A stretch of DNA of 63,566 nucleotides, the filler included, from Candidatus Eiseniibacteriota bacterium (GTDB lineage Bacteria; Orphanbacterota; Orphanbacteria; Orphanbacterales; Orphanbacteraceae), in NCBI GenBank assembly GCA_043809585.1. It is 4 parts of 4 records of this genome, joined end to end, with 100 filler letters (N's around TTAATTAATTAA, not from the genome) between each part and the next. Parts side by side here need not be neighbours in the genome. Positions count along the whole stretch, not along the records: positions 1 to 22,047 come from JBDROZ010000035.1; positions 22,148 to 49,987 come from JBDROZ010000037.1; 2 more parts are not named here. One strand, 5' to 3'. The notes under the pieces were generated by a model, which was given only the letters and a program-made list of their open reading frames with translations, ran no database searches and was not told the DNA's origin. The position numbers and the translations under genes are program-made. Below are positions 20,191 to 28,835 of the stretch, piece after piece; the first letter of the stretch is position 1, and every line of letters begins with the position of its first letter.

Positions 20191-21148
20191 CGTGCGCTTC
20201 GGGCTCGTCGGCGTCGGGCGGCACGGCATCCGCTACGCCCGCCACCTTCTCGGAGGGGACGTGCCGGGCGCCCGGCTCGCCGCGATCTGCCGCCGCGACG
20301 AAACGCGCGGCCGGGCCCTCGCCGAGGAGTGGGACGTGGCGTTTCACCGGGACGTCTTCTCCCTCGCCCACGACGGAGGCGTCGACGCCCTCCTCGTCGT
20401 CTCCCTCTCCGAACATCATGCCGAGTCGGTGGACGCCGCGGCGGAAGCGCGGAAGCCGGTCCTCGTCGAGAAGCCCCTCGCCCCGGACCTCGCGGGCTGC
20501 GACCGGATCGCCGATTCGGCGGAGAAGGCGGGCATCGCGGTGATGGTCGCCCAGACCTCCCGCTACGAAGGGGTGATCGAAGGCCTTTTCCGGGCCGTCC
20601 CCTCGATCGAACCGGTACGGGAGGTCTTCTTCTCCCTCCGGAGCGAGGACAGGACCCACGAGGAGGGCGTCTTCCGGGAGAGCCTGAGCGACGGGGGGGC
20701 CCTCCTCGACTCGGGCGTCCACTACTTCGATCTCCTCCCCCGGCTGATCGGTCCGGTGGAGGAAGTTTGGTGCGAGACCCACTTTCTCCGGGGATCGCCG
20801 ATCGACGACGGCTACACCGCCCTTTTCCGTTTCGGAGGGGGGGGGCGGGCCGTGGTCGACATGGGCCGGTGGGGCGGCTCCCGGCACGAGGCGATTCAGG
20901 TCGTCGGGGAGGGGGGCATCCTCCTCGCCTCCCGGACCCCCGCGGCCCTGGAGCGGGTCGTCGGCCGGGAGAGGGGGGCGGTCCCCTTCCCCGAGGTGCC
21001 GGGTACGCTCATCCCGGCGCTCCGCGACTTCGTCCGGGTCTGCCGGGGGGAGGCGAAGCCCCCGATCGGCATCGCCGACGGAAGGGCGGCCGTAGCCCTC
21101 GTCGATGCTTGCCGCCGCAGCCGGGGCCGATGGGTCCGGGCCGACTGA
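20183..21148 (+). CDS. Gfo/Idh/MocA family oxidoreductase
   Basis: GLVGVGRHG, VLVEKPLA, GGALLDSGVHYFD; TTG start overlapping the upstream gene. Confidence 0.85.
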   Translation: MSDVRFGLVGVGRHGIRYARHLLGGDVPGARLAAICRRDETRGRALAEEWDVAFHRDVFSLAHDGGVDALLVVSLSEHHAESVDAAAEARKPVLVEKPLAPDLAGCDRIADSAEKAGIAVMVAQTSRYEGVIEGLFRAVPSIEPVREVFFSLRSEDRTHEEGVFRESLSDGGALLDSGVHYFDLLPRLIGPVEEVWCETHFLRGSPIDDGYTALFRFGGGGRAVVDMGRWGGSRHEAIQVVGEGGILLASRTPAALERVVGRERGAVPFPEVPGTLIPALRDFVRVCRGEAKPPIGIADGRAAVALVDACRRSRGRWVRAD

Positions 21149-21235
21149 CCCTTCTGTCATCCTTCCATTATATATGGCTCCTCCGTCTGCCGGATCGAGC
21201 GTCTCCGTTCCTGTCAATATGGCACAAAAAAAAGA

Positions 21236-21262
21236 CTTGCACTCGCCCCATGAGAGTGCTAG
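21236..21262 (+). promoter_or_regulatory. CIRCE element (HrcA operator)
   Basis: CTTGCACTC-N9-GAGTGCTAG, close to the TTAGCACTC-N9-GAGTGCTAA consensus, upstream of groES. Confidence 0.85.
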
Positions 21263-21449
21263 TTTATAACTCGCTGTGCAACCAACGGGTTACAAGTCCA
21301 CCTCGAAGAGGTACGGCTTTTGCATCGTTTCCGTAGTCCGTGAGTTGATGGGTGGAAGCCTGACCCGGTGAACGAACCTCACGAACTGTTCTCAACTTGA
21401 TCGACGATCGGCGGATGGAGCGACCGTCCGCCAGGAAAGGAGAAGAGGG

Positions 21450-21740
21450 ATGAAGATCAAACCTCTGAACGATCGAATCCTGGTGCAGCGCCTCGAGGCG
21501 GAGGGCAAGACCACGGGCGGGATCATCATTCCCGACACCGCCAAAGAGAAGCCTGTAGAAGGAATCGTCGTCGCCGTGGGTAAGGGAAAGACAGCGGAAG
21601 ACGGAAAACTGATCAAGCTGGATGTCAAGGCGGGTGATCGTATCCTTTTCGCCAAGTATTCGGGGACCGAGGTAAAGATCGACGGCGTGGAACACCTGAT
21701 CATGCGCGAAGATGACATTCTGGGAATCGTAGAGAAATAA
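21450..21740 (+). CDS. groES: Co-chaperonin GroES
   Basis: [10 protein letters not shown]...[13 protein letters not shown]...KYSGTEVK. Confidence 0.98.
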   Translation: MKIKPLNDRILVQRLEAEGKTTGGIIIPDTAKEKPVEGIVVAVGKGKTAEDGKLIKLDVKAGDRILFAKYSGTEVKIDGVEHLIMREDDILGIVEK

Positions 21741-21769
21741 TCAATCGGTCATATCTGGAGGAAACATAA

Positions 21770-22047
<278 letters not shown>

Positions 22048-22147
22048 NNNNNNNNNNNNNNNNNNNNNNNNNNNNNNNNNNNNNNNNNNNNTTAATTAAT
22101 TAANNNNNNNNNNNNNNNNNNNNNNNNNNNNNNNNNNNNNNNNNNNN
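22048..22147. other. Artificial contig linker
   Basis: N run + TTAATTAATTAA (stops in all frames) + N run. Confidence 0.98.
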
Positions 22148-22608
22148 TCCCTTATCCGGCCTTTCCCTCTGAGACCGTTGCGCCATATGGAGTGCTCGCC
22201 GCGATTGAGAAGTCGCAATCCCTTATCCGGCCTTTCCCTCTGAGACACGGCGAAGAACATCTGGTGTGCGTTCAGTAGAAAGGTCGCAATCCCTTATCCG
22301 GCCTTTCCCTCTGAGACTCTCGATGGGGCATGTGCCGAGGCGGCGGTCGCTCAACACCGTCGCAATCCCTTATCCGGCCTTTCCCTCTGAGACAAACAGC
22401 CACACATCCCCAACCCCCGGATCAGAAAGGTCGCAATCCCTTATCCGGCCTTTCCCTCTGAGACATTGGGACGAGAAGGCGCGGGGGGTAGTGCGGAAGT
22501 GGGGTCGCAATCCCTTATCCGGCCTTTCCCTCTGAGACGTAGGCGAGGCGCCGCTTGCCCATGCGCTCCACGCGTCGCAATCCCTTATCCGGCCTTTCCC
22601 TCTGAGAC
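22148..22608 (-). CRISPR. CRISPR array: 7 repeats (one cut by the contig end), 6 spacers of 35-41 nt; type III-like repeat
   Basis: Identical 35-nt repeat GTCGCAATCCCTTATCCGGCCTTTCCCTCTGAGAC; on the minus strand it ends ATTGCGAC; leader and cas2 lie on the right. Confidence 0.97.
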
Positions 22609-22875
22609 CGCCGGCATTCTAACCCACTGCAGTCTCGAAGGTTGCGACTCCCTCTCCACGGATGAGCGCCGATCGGCTCCCCACAGCCTCTTTTCCCGAT
22701 TCGAGACGAACTTGCCGCCCGGTAACTGATTTACTGACAATGTATAATAACGGCTCTCGGATGAACTACCGGAAGCCGGCCGCGCAATGTGTTGTAATGA
22801 AGCCGACACGTCAGATTTCCCGCTTCCGGGGCTCCTCGAGGGAATCACCCGCGACGAAGGCCTCTTCGGCGGCCC
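22609..22875 (-). promoter_or_regulatory. CRISPR leader
   Basis: Non-coding, locally AT-richer region between the cas2 stop and the first repeat. Confidence 0.7.
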
Positions 22876-23157
22876 TCAGATGATCACCCAGGGCTCGTCC
22901 CCCTCCGTTTTTTTCAGTCTTCCCAGGCCGACCGAGGCGGCGTGGCAATCGGGACAGACCCGGTAGACTCGGACGTTACCCGCCTCGGCGGAGCCCAGTG
23001 TATACCCGAGGCGTTCGATCATGAGGGCGGCCTTCTTCGGCGTGATCCGGCATTCGAAAACCGACTCCTGAACCCGCTCTCCGAACCGGAGAAGAAGCCG
23101 GGCGAGCCGATCGCGAACTCGATCATCCTCGATATCGTAAACCACCACGTAAAGCAT
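22876..23157 (-). CDS. cas2: CRISPR-associated Cas2
   Basis: YVVVYDIEDDRVR...GERVQESVFEC...VYRVCPDC; adjacent to the array. Confidence 0.93.
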   Translation of the reverse strand: MLYVVVYDIEDDRVRDRLARLLLRFGERVQESVFECRITPKKAALMIERLGYTLGSAEAGNVRVYRVCPDCHAASVGLGRLKKTEGDEPWVII

Positions 23158-23885
23158 AAGCAACCGATTTGTCGCGCCCCCTAGCCCCGGCGCCGGAGCG
23201 GCCGGTACTCCTCGTCGGTTCCCCCTTTCCGGCCGCGGGTCGTGCCGGGCGCGGTCCCGAGGGACCGTTTCGTTCGGCTACCGGGCGCCTCGGGCGGGTT
23301 CCATCCCGCTCGAGGAATGAGGGCGTCCGCCCACGAGTCTTCGAGGCCCTCGCGGAGCGCCCGGTTCCTCCCCGGATCGCAGCCTCACGGTCGTGCCCGG
23401 CACGAGTCGGTGCGGCCGGTGTTCGGGCTTCCGGGACCCGAACGGGGTTTCGAAGTTCAGCGACAGGCCGGACGGCGGCGAGGGTCGATGGCACGGGCCA
23501 AGCCCCTCCGGCCGTTACTCCGCGCGCCCACGGAATGGCCGGGTCCCATCGGGGCCGCAGGGGAGCCCCGGGACGACTCCGCCGGGGAGCCGGTCCGGTC
23601 GCCACCCGGCCCAAACCCCCGCGCCGCTGCGGAGCCCTCCGCGCCCAGGGGGGCGCGGCTTCGTCCGAATGAGAGGATTTTGGATCAGCAGTGACTTCCG
23701 CCGAAGCGGACCGCCGGCCGGCTTCCTCTCGCGCCGGCGCGAAGGAGAGGGCCGCGGGTCTCTCCCAACCCCGGGCGGCCGGTAAGGCCGCCGACACCAC
23801 CGCGTCCGCGCCCTGGAGGTGCAGGGAGACAGGTCTCCCCCGTCCGGGGGCTTCCCGGGGTGTCCGGCTTTCCCGATCCGTGTGC

Positions 23886-24068
23886 TTAGAATCGGTTTCA
23901 CAACCTCCTTCGTCGCGAGATCGAGCGAAAGGTCCGGCGGCAAGGATCAAGGGGGAAAACGCCCGGAGGTGGCCTAAGAAGGCCATTGAGAACGTTTTTA
24001 CCCGAGTACGCAGCCGCCGGGCCTTGCAGCCGATCGCAGTAGAATGGAGGTTGTGAAACCGGTTCTAA
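23886..24068. mobile_element. MITE-like element, 183 bp
   Basis: Terminal inverted repeats TTAGAATCGGTTTCACAACCTCC ... GGAGGTTGTGAAACCGGTTCTAA (23 bp, 1 mismatch); no transposase. Confidence 0.8.
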
Positions 24069-24080
24069 CCGCTTATGGCT

Positions 24081-24221
24081 CTAGGTCGCGCCCTGTCCGA
24101 CCTCAATCGCTCGTATTGCCCTTGGGCATGGTCCGGACGCGACGGGTAGGCACGAGGACGCCCCGATCACACCGCCTCTTTCAATCGACCGGTCCGTATA
24201 CTCCGGCGCGGGCGTGATCAC
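24081..24221 (-). CDS. Putative 46-aa small ORF or 5' remnant of a decayed gene
   Basis: AAGGAGG SD 8 nt before a GTG, downstream of a strong promoter match; no recognisable motif. Confidence 0.3.
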   Translation of the reverse strand: MITPAPEYTDRSIERGGVIGASSCLPVASGPCPRAIRAIEVGQGAT

Positions 24222-24309
24222 TCGGGCATCCTCCTTGCGTGGAATTCGAAGTGCGGTTCTCCACCCAAGGAACGGAGGGAAGTCTTCTCGCCCTTCTGGT
24301 GGGTACGTC

Positions 24310-24338
24310 AACGTAGCCCCATCCTCGCGAGGTGTCAA
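24310..24338 (-). promoter_or_regulatory. Candidate sigma70 promoter pointing toward cas2/CRISPR
   Basis: Minus strand TTGACA-17 nt-TACGTT. Confidence 0.55.
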
Positions 24339-24427
24339 TAGGACAAGTTTGCATATGATGGTTTTTCTTGTTCGATGATCAGTTTCCCTCCGAAGCGGCA
24401 ATTTTCTTGGTCCCCTCTGTAGAAATG

Positions 24428-24625
24428 GGGGGGACACGAAACGAGTTCATGTCCCCCGCATTTCCTCACTCCGAAGTCCTAAGCGCGGTAGGACTGATGA
24501 GGAGCCCGCAGGTCATGTTGGGCGGACAACATCCTTCCCCCTCTGACGCTCCCGTCGGGGTCGGCCCTTCGCCAAGTTCAGGACGGGCTTCGATGCGGAC
24601 CTTCGGGCCTACTCAGGACGAACGG
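24428..24625. repeat. REP-like mosaic (GGGGACAC...TGTCCCC hairpin; GTCCTGAGTAG-type unit)
   Basis: GGGGACACGAAACGAGTTCATGTCCCCC recurs inverted at about 55767 and 56086; 24565-24625 is an inverted relative of the 38028/38239 repeats. Confidence 0.7.
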
Positions 24626-24630
24626 ATGAT

Positions 24631-24882
24631 TGGATTTCCTGGATCCGCCTGCGCGGGGATGACAATTATATGACCTCTTCGGTCCTTCTCCCCTCGGCAG
24701 TCCTTGCTGATCATTCGGCGCCACGGGCGGGTGGCCGGGGTGTTGGGTGGGGGGATGAAGCGGCGAGTTCGCGGGCGCGCCGGCGGGGACGGAACGGCTT
24801 CGAGAAGAATGAAGAGCGCGTACGTGATGTCTGAGCCGCCATCCCCCCCCCACGCCCCGGACAGGACCTGCCCGTCCGACCA
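24631..24882. repeat. Dispersed ~250-bp non-coding repeat; inverted copy at about 55913-56231
   Basis: Shared blocks CCCCTCGGCAGTCCTTGCTGATCATTCGG, GGGGTGTTGGGTGGGGGGATGAAGCGGCGAGTT and TGTCTGAGCCGCCATCCCCC. Confidence 0.85.
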
Positions 24883-24993
24883 CACCAGGGCCCCGTCCGA
24901 CCACACCAGGGCCCTGCCCGTCCGACCACACCGGGACCCGCCCGTCCGACCACACCAGGACCCCGCCCGTCCGACCACACCAGGACCCGCCCG
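24868..24993. repeat. Minisatellite: 5 copies of CCCGTCCGACCACACC(A/G)GG with a 21-25 bp period
   Basis: Directly visible tandem units. Confidence 0.9.
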
Positions 24994-25001
24994 TACTCCG
25001 A

Positions 25002-28000
25002 TCATCGCCACCCCGACGTGAGCGTCATCAACAACCTCCCGAATCGGGCCACCGCCTCGTGGAACGTGAGGTTGCTGAGGTCCACGTAGTGCGGGAAAGC
25101 GACGTGGGAGATCGGCGCCACCGCCACCTGGGCGCAGACGACGCCTCGATTCCGCGTAAGCTCCTCCACCAGGTTCTTCAGCGCCCAGAAAGTGCATTCC
25201 GTCGGGAGCCCGTCACTCACCATGACGAGCATCTTGTTCCGCTTCCGGCTCCGAAACGCCAGCTCCGCCCCCCTCGCGAGCCCCCCCGCGTCGTTGTTCC
25301 CCGCCCCCGCCTCGAGAGAGGCGATCCCGTTCCGCCGGAAGTCGCCGAGCCGGTAGAACGTGCTGTCGTCGAAGGCGTTCACGTGCCCCTCGATCCCCCG
25401 GATCCCCCGGGCGCTCTCCGCGACGAGGGCGCCGAAAGCGCGGGCCGCCTCGATCCGCCTCCCGTCCATCGACCCCGACCGGTCGATGAGGATGCCGATG
25501 TACGCATTCGCGAAGATCTGCTCGCTCGTGTGGACGAGCACGTTCGGGTCCGACACGGCCACGATGCGCCGCACCCGCCCGAGGTCGACCCGCCGGCCGG
25601 TCCGTCTCCCGTGCTCGTCGACCACCTGCCTCCCGAGCCTCTCCAGATAAGGCCGGAGCACCCGGATGTGGGGGCGGATCGACGCGACCAGCGCCGTCTG
25701 GGCCGCCGGGTCCCGCCCGAGGACCACCTCCTTCTTCAGTTTCTCGAACGCCGTTTCTTCCCCCGTATTGATGAACGGGGTTCCCCCCGACGGCCGCCCA
25801 TGGGTCCCCGTGATGCGCGGCGTAGTCCGGCTCCGGAGCATCGCCTCCACCTCGGGGGAGAGGGTCGGCCCCTCCCGGGGGGGCGCCTCCCGGAGCACGC
25901 CCGCCGGCATCCCGCCGCTCTCCTCCATCCGGTCGAGGACGCGGCGGAGCCCGCCGAGCATCCGCCGGAACGCGCGCATGCGCCTCCGGAGTTGCCGGAA
26001 CTCCCTCGCCGTCTCCTCCGAGTCGCCGAGGATCTCGCCGATCCGGCGCGCCCCCTCCAGGACGGCGCCGTGGGGGAGCGTCTTCAGATCGGCGGGCACG
26101 GCGGCGACCGCCTCCGCGACGCGGGGGTCGGGATACGACGCCGGATCGTGGCCGCACCGGAGGCAGAAGATCCACGCACCGAAGGGGGGCAGGAGCCCCG
26201 GAATCCGAAGCATGTCCTGCTGCCGCATCCGGACCGGGCGGAGGTCCCTCTCGCGGACCGAGGGAAACAGGCGCCCCGGCATCCGGCCCTCCCGGATCTC
26301 CCGGGCGAGCTCGTCCGGGTCCATTTCGACCAACCGCGCGTACTCGCCGATCGGGACGGTCTGCGGCTTCTGGGCGAAGGCGTACGACGCGAGGCGGTCG
26401 AAGTAGACGCCCCATGCCGGAAAGCGGGAGCGGATGCCCCGCTCGAGCCGTTCGTCGAGAAGCACGTCGTAGATCGGCCCCACCCCCTCGGCGCGGGAGA
26501 TGCCGCGGGTCGTCAGAAAGCCCCGGGCGCCGATGTCGTACAAGTGGTGGCCGATCTCGTGGATCAGGATCCCCCGGAGAATGTCTTCGCCGTGGGGATG
26601 GCCGCCGGTGACCGGCGCGTCGGAGGCGCGGATCTTCACGGTCTTCCCCTTGATTTCCGTGAACCCGATGCCGAAGTGGGTCCGGCCGACGCGCACCGGC
26701 CGGCCGAGATAGGTCTCGCCGATCCGCCGCCCCCAGAGGAAGATCCCGTCGACCCGCTCCTTGAGGGACAGGCAGGCGCGGCGGGCGCTCTGCCGGTCCG
26801 GCGCGTACGCGGGAATCGGGAGGTCTTTCGACGTCCTCTCGAGAAGCCGGGCGGCCAGGGAACGGGTCCGGAGATCCTCGTCGCCGAGAAGGGACGCGAG
26901 GGCGCCCACGGCCCGATCGTCCTTCGCCCGGACCAGCTTTTGAACGGCCTGCCGCCTTACGTCAGGATCCGAGTCCTGCAGGAGCCGGACCAGGTCGTCG
27001 CCGGTCATGCCGTCCCCCTCCCCGAGGGCGGCGAAGGCGGCCCGCCGCACCGCGGGGTCGGGATCGTCGAGGAAGGGGTGGAAAACCTCCTCCCCCTCCC
27101 CCGCGTTCTTCAAGCCCCGGAGCGCCGCGGCCCGGACCTCGCCGACGTCGTCCTCGATCAGCCGGAGGAGCATCTCCCGGAGAGGGGGACAGCGCTCCTC
27201 GCCGGAGAGCCGCGCCACCCGCCGCCGGGTCATCCAGTTCTTCGAACGGGAGGCGAGTTCGGCCGCCTCCGCCAGGCGTTCCGGCGCCCGTTCCACGATC
27301 GGAAGGAGGAGCGCATCGAAGTTCTCCCCCTTCACCCGGAGGATGTTCTCGAAGACGGCCGGCAGGAGCACTTCGTCTCCGGCATCGGCGAGCACGGTGA
27401 GGGCTTCCCGGACCACCTCCTCTTCCAGGTCCATGACCAGCCTCTTCGCGGGTTCCCTGGCGCGGACCGGATCGAGCCGGTGGATCGCTTCGAGCGCCCC
27501 CTTTCGGACCCGGGGATCGTGAAAGCCCAGAAGGGGCTCGATCGCGGATGCGTCGCCGGGATTCCCGAGGTCGCATACCACGGAGATGGCCGAGAGGCGG
27601 GCCCCCGCCCCTCCCCGGCGGAGGATCTCCAGCACCGGAGGGCGCCACTCGCCGTTCCCCCCTCCGAGCACGATCAGGGTGGACGCGGCGAAGCCCCGCA
27701 CCTCTTCGTCCGGGTCGCCGAGGAGCCGGGCGAGGAGCGGCGTTGCGTGGACGGGGCGGGCGTGATGAAGCGCGCCGATCGCCGCGAGCCGCACCATCGC
27801 CGCCGAATCGCCGAGGAGCCGCACCGCCTCGTCCCCGAGGTCTTCGGGCCGGAACGCGGTGAACGCATCGATCGCCGCCCGCCGGACCTCCGGGTTCCGG
27901 TCATGAAGAAGATCGCGGGCGACCAGGACCAGCCGTTCGATCAGGCGGTTCGTCCCTTCCACCGAGCGGAGCCGGCCCGCCAGAGTCCGAAGAAGGCGAA

Positions 28001-28835
28001 GCCCGGTTTCCCGGACCTTCGGATCAGGGTGGACCATGTTCTCGGCGGCCCAGGCGGCGGTCTCCTTTGGGACCCACCGGGTGAGGGCCGACGCCGCCGC
28101 CGCGGCGGCTTCCGGCGCATCGGGCCAGCGGCCGACCGCACCGAGAAGAACGGGCACCCCCCGGGCGCCGAGGAACCCGAGAAAATCCGCCGCCACCGCC
28201 CGCGCCTCTTGTTCGTCGTCTTCTCGGATTCCCTCCCCCTCCTCATCCCCGGGTTCGTCGCACTCATCGTCCGGAGCATCGCCGCTCTTTCCGGCGAGGG
28301 CCTTCTTCGCCCGTTCCACCGCCATCTCCGGATCGGTCCGATGGATGCCGCGGTAGACGGCCATGTGGTCCTCCGGAGGGAGGGACGACAGCAGTTTGTC
28401 GAGGAGATCGACGACCCACCGGCCGCCGATCCGTCCGATCCTCTCGATGGCGTGGCGGCGGAGGAGCCCCTCGCCCTCCTGGGCGACCGCGCCGAGGAGG
28501 AGCGCGTCCCCCTTGCTCGGCCCGAAGAGCGACGGCGGCGGCACCAGGTGGCGGAAGAGGATGGCCATCGCCCGCCGCTCCCCGTCCCCCCGGGCCGCGA
28601 GTTCCTCGATCGCCTCCGCGGCGAGGTCCATGTCGAGGTCCATCAGCTCGTGGAGGATCTCCTCGACTTCCCGTTCCGGTCCCGTCTCGAGGCAATCGAT
28701 CAGTCCGTCGTAGAGGGCGACCGGATCGTCCGCGAGTTCCCCCCGGCGGACACGCGCCTCCGGGTCGGCGAGACGGGCGAGATGCCGCCGTTTCTTCCTC
28801 GGCATGTCTCGCAGGATTTCGATGGTCCGGCTCAC
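25002..28835 (-). CDS. HEAT-repeat + HExxH metallopeptidase-like + vWA (CobT/NorD-like) protein, about 1277 aa
   Basis: Many LxDxDxxVRxxA HEAT motifs; ILIHEIGHH...LLDERLE; C-terminal LIDRSGSM...GNND...VSDGLP; GTG start overlaps the MoxR stop (GTGA). Confidence 0.85.
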   Translation of the reverse strand: MSRTIEILRDMPRKKRRHLARLADPEARVRRGELADDPVALYDGLIDCLETGPEREVEEILHELMDLDMDLAAEAIEELAARGDGERRAMAILFRHLVPPPSLFGPSKGDALLLGAVAQEGEGLLRRHAIERIGRIGGRWVVDLLDKLLSSLPPEDHMAVYRGIHRTDPEMAVERAKKALAGKSGDAPDDECDEPGDEEGEGIREDDEQEARAVAADFLGFLGARGVPVLLGAVGRWPDAPEAAAAAASALTRWVPKETAAWAAENMVHPDPKVRETGLRLLRTLAGRLRSVEGTNRLIERLVLVARDLLHDRNPEVRRAAIDAFTAFRPEDLGDEAVRLLGDSAAMVRLAAIGALHHARPVHATPLLARLLGDPDEEVRGFAASTLIVLGGGNGEWRPPVLEILRRGGAGARLSAISVVCDLGNPGDASAIEPLLGFHDPRVRKGALEAIHRLDPVRAREPAKRLVMDLEEEVVREALTVLADAGDEVLLPAVFENILRVKGENFDALLLPIVERAPERLAEAAELASRSKNWMTRRRVARLSGEERCPPLREMLLRLIEDDVGEVRAAALRGLKNAGEGEEVFHPFLDDPDPAVRRAAFAALGEGDGMTGDDLVRLLQDSDPDVRRQAVQKLVRAKDDRAVGALASLLGDEDLRTRSLAARLLERTSKDLPIPAYAPDRQSARRACLSLKERVDGIFLWGRRIGETYLGRPVRVGRTHFGIGFTEIKGKTVKIRASDAPVTGGHPHGEDILRGILIHEIGHHLYDIGARGFLTTRGISRAEGVGPIYDVLLDERLERGIRSRFPAWGVYFDRLASYAFAQKPQTVPIGEYARLVEMDPDELAREIREGRMPGRLFPSVRERDLRPVRMRQQDMLRIPGLLPPFGAWIFCLRCGHDPASYPDPRVAEAVAAVPADLKTLPHGAVLEGARRIGEILGDSEETAREFRQLRRRMRAFRRMLGGLRRVLDRMEESGGMPAGVLREAPPREGPTLSPEVEAMLRSRTTPRITGTHGRPSGGTPFINTGEETAFEKLKKEVVLGRDPAAQTALVASIRPHIRVLRPYLERLGRQVVDEHGRRTGRRVDLGRVRRIVAVSDPNVLVHTSEQIFANAYIGILIDRSGSMDGRRIEAARAFGALVAESARGIRGIEGHVNAFDDSTFYRLGDFRRNGIASLEAGAGNNDAGGLARGAELAFRSRKRNKMLVMVSDGLPTECTFWALKNLVEELTRNRGVVCAQVAVAPISHVAFPHYVDLSNLTFHEAVARFGRLLMTLTSGWR

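Noticed and set aside
22092-22103. TTAATTAATTAA inside N runs (also near 50032 and 58268)
   Set aside because: Identical six-frame-stop linker used to concatenate contigs. It is not biological, and adjacency across it (e.g. groEL-CRISPR) is meaningless.
23399-23413. GGCACGAGTCGGTGC resembles the 3' hairpin of the SpCas9 tracrRNA
   Set aside because: Short match in GC-rich DNA, with no anti-repeat, U tail or cas9; likely chance.
24470-24505. Hammerhead-like CTCC-GAA-hairpin-CTGATGA-GGAG
   Set aside because: No room for stem III or a proper cleavage junction; the CTCACTCCGAAG part recurs near 34037 as a repeat fragment.
24868-24993. Short repeats as a second mini-CRISPR array
   Set aside because: Units are nearly contiguous with only a few variable bases and no unique spacers; it is a minisatellite.
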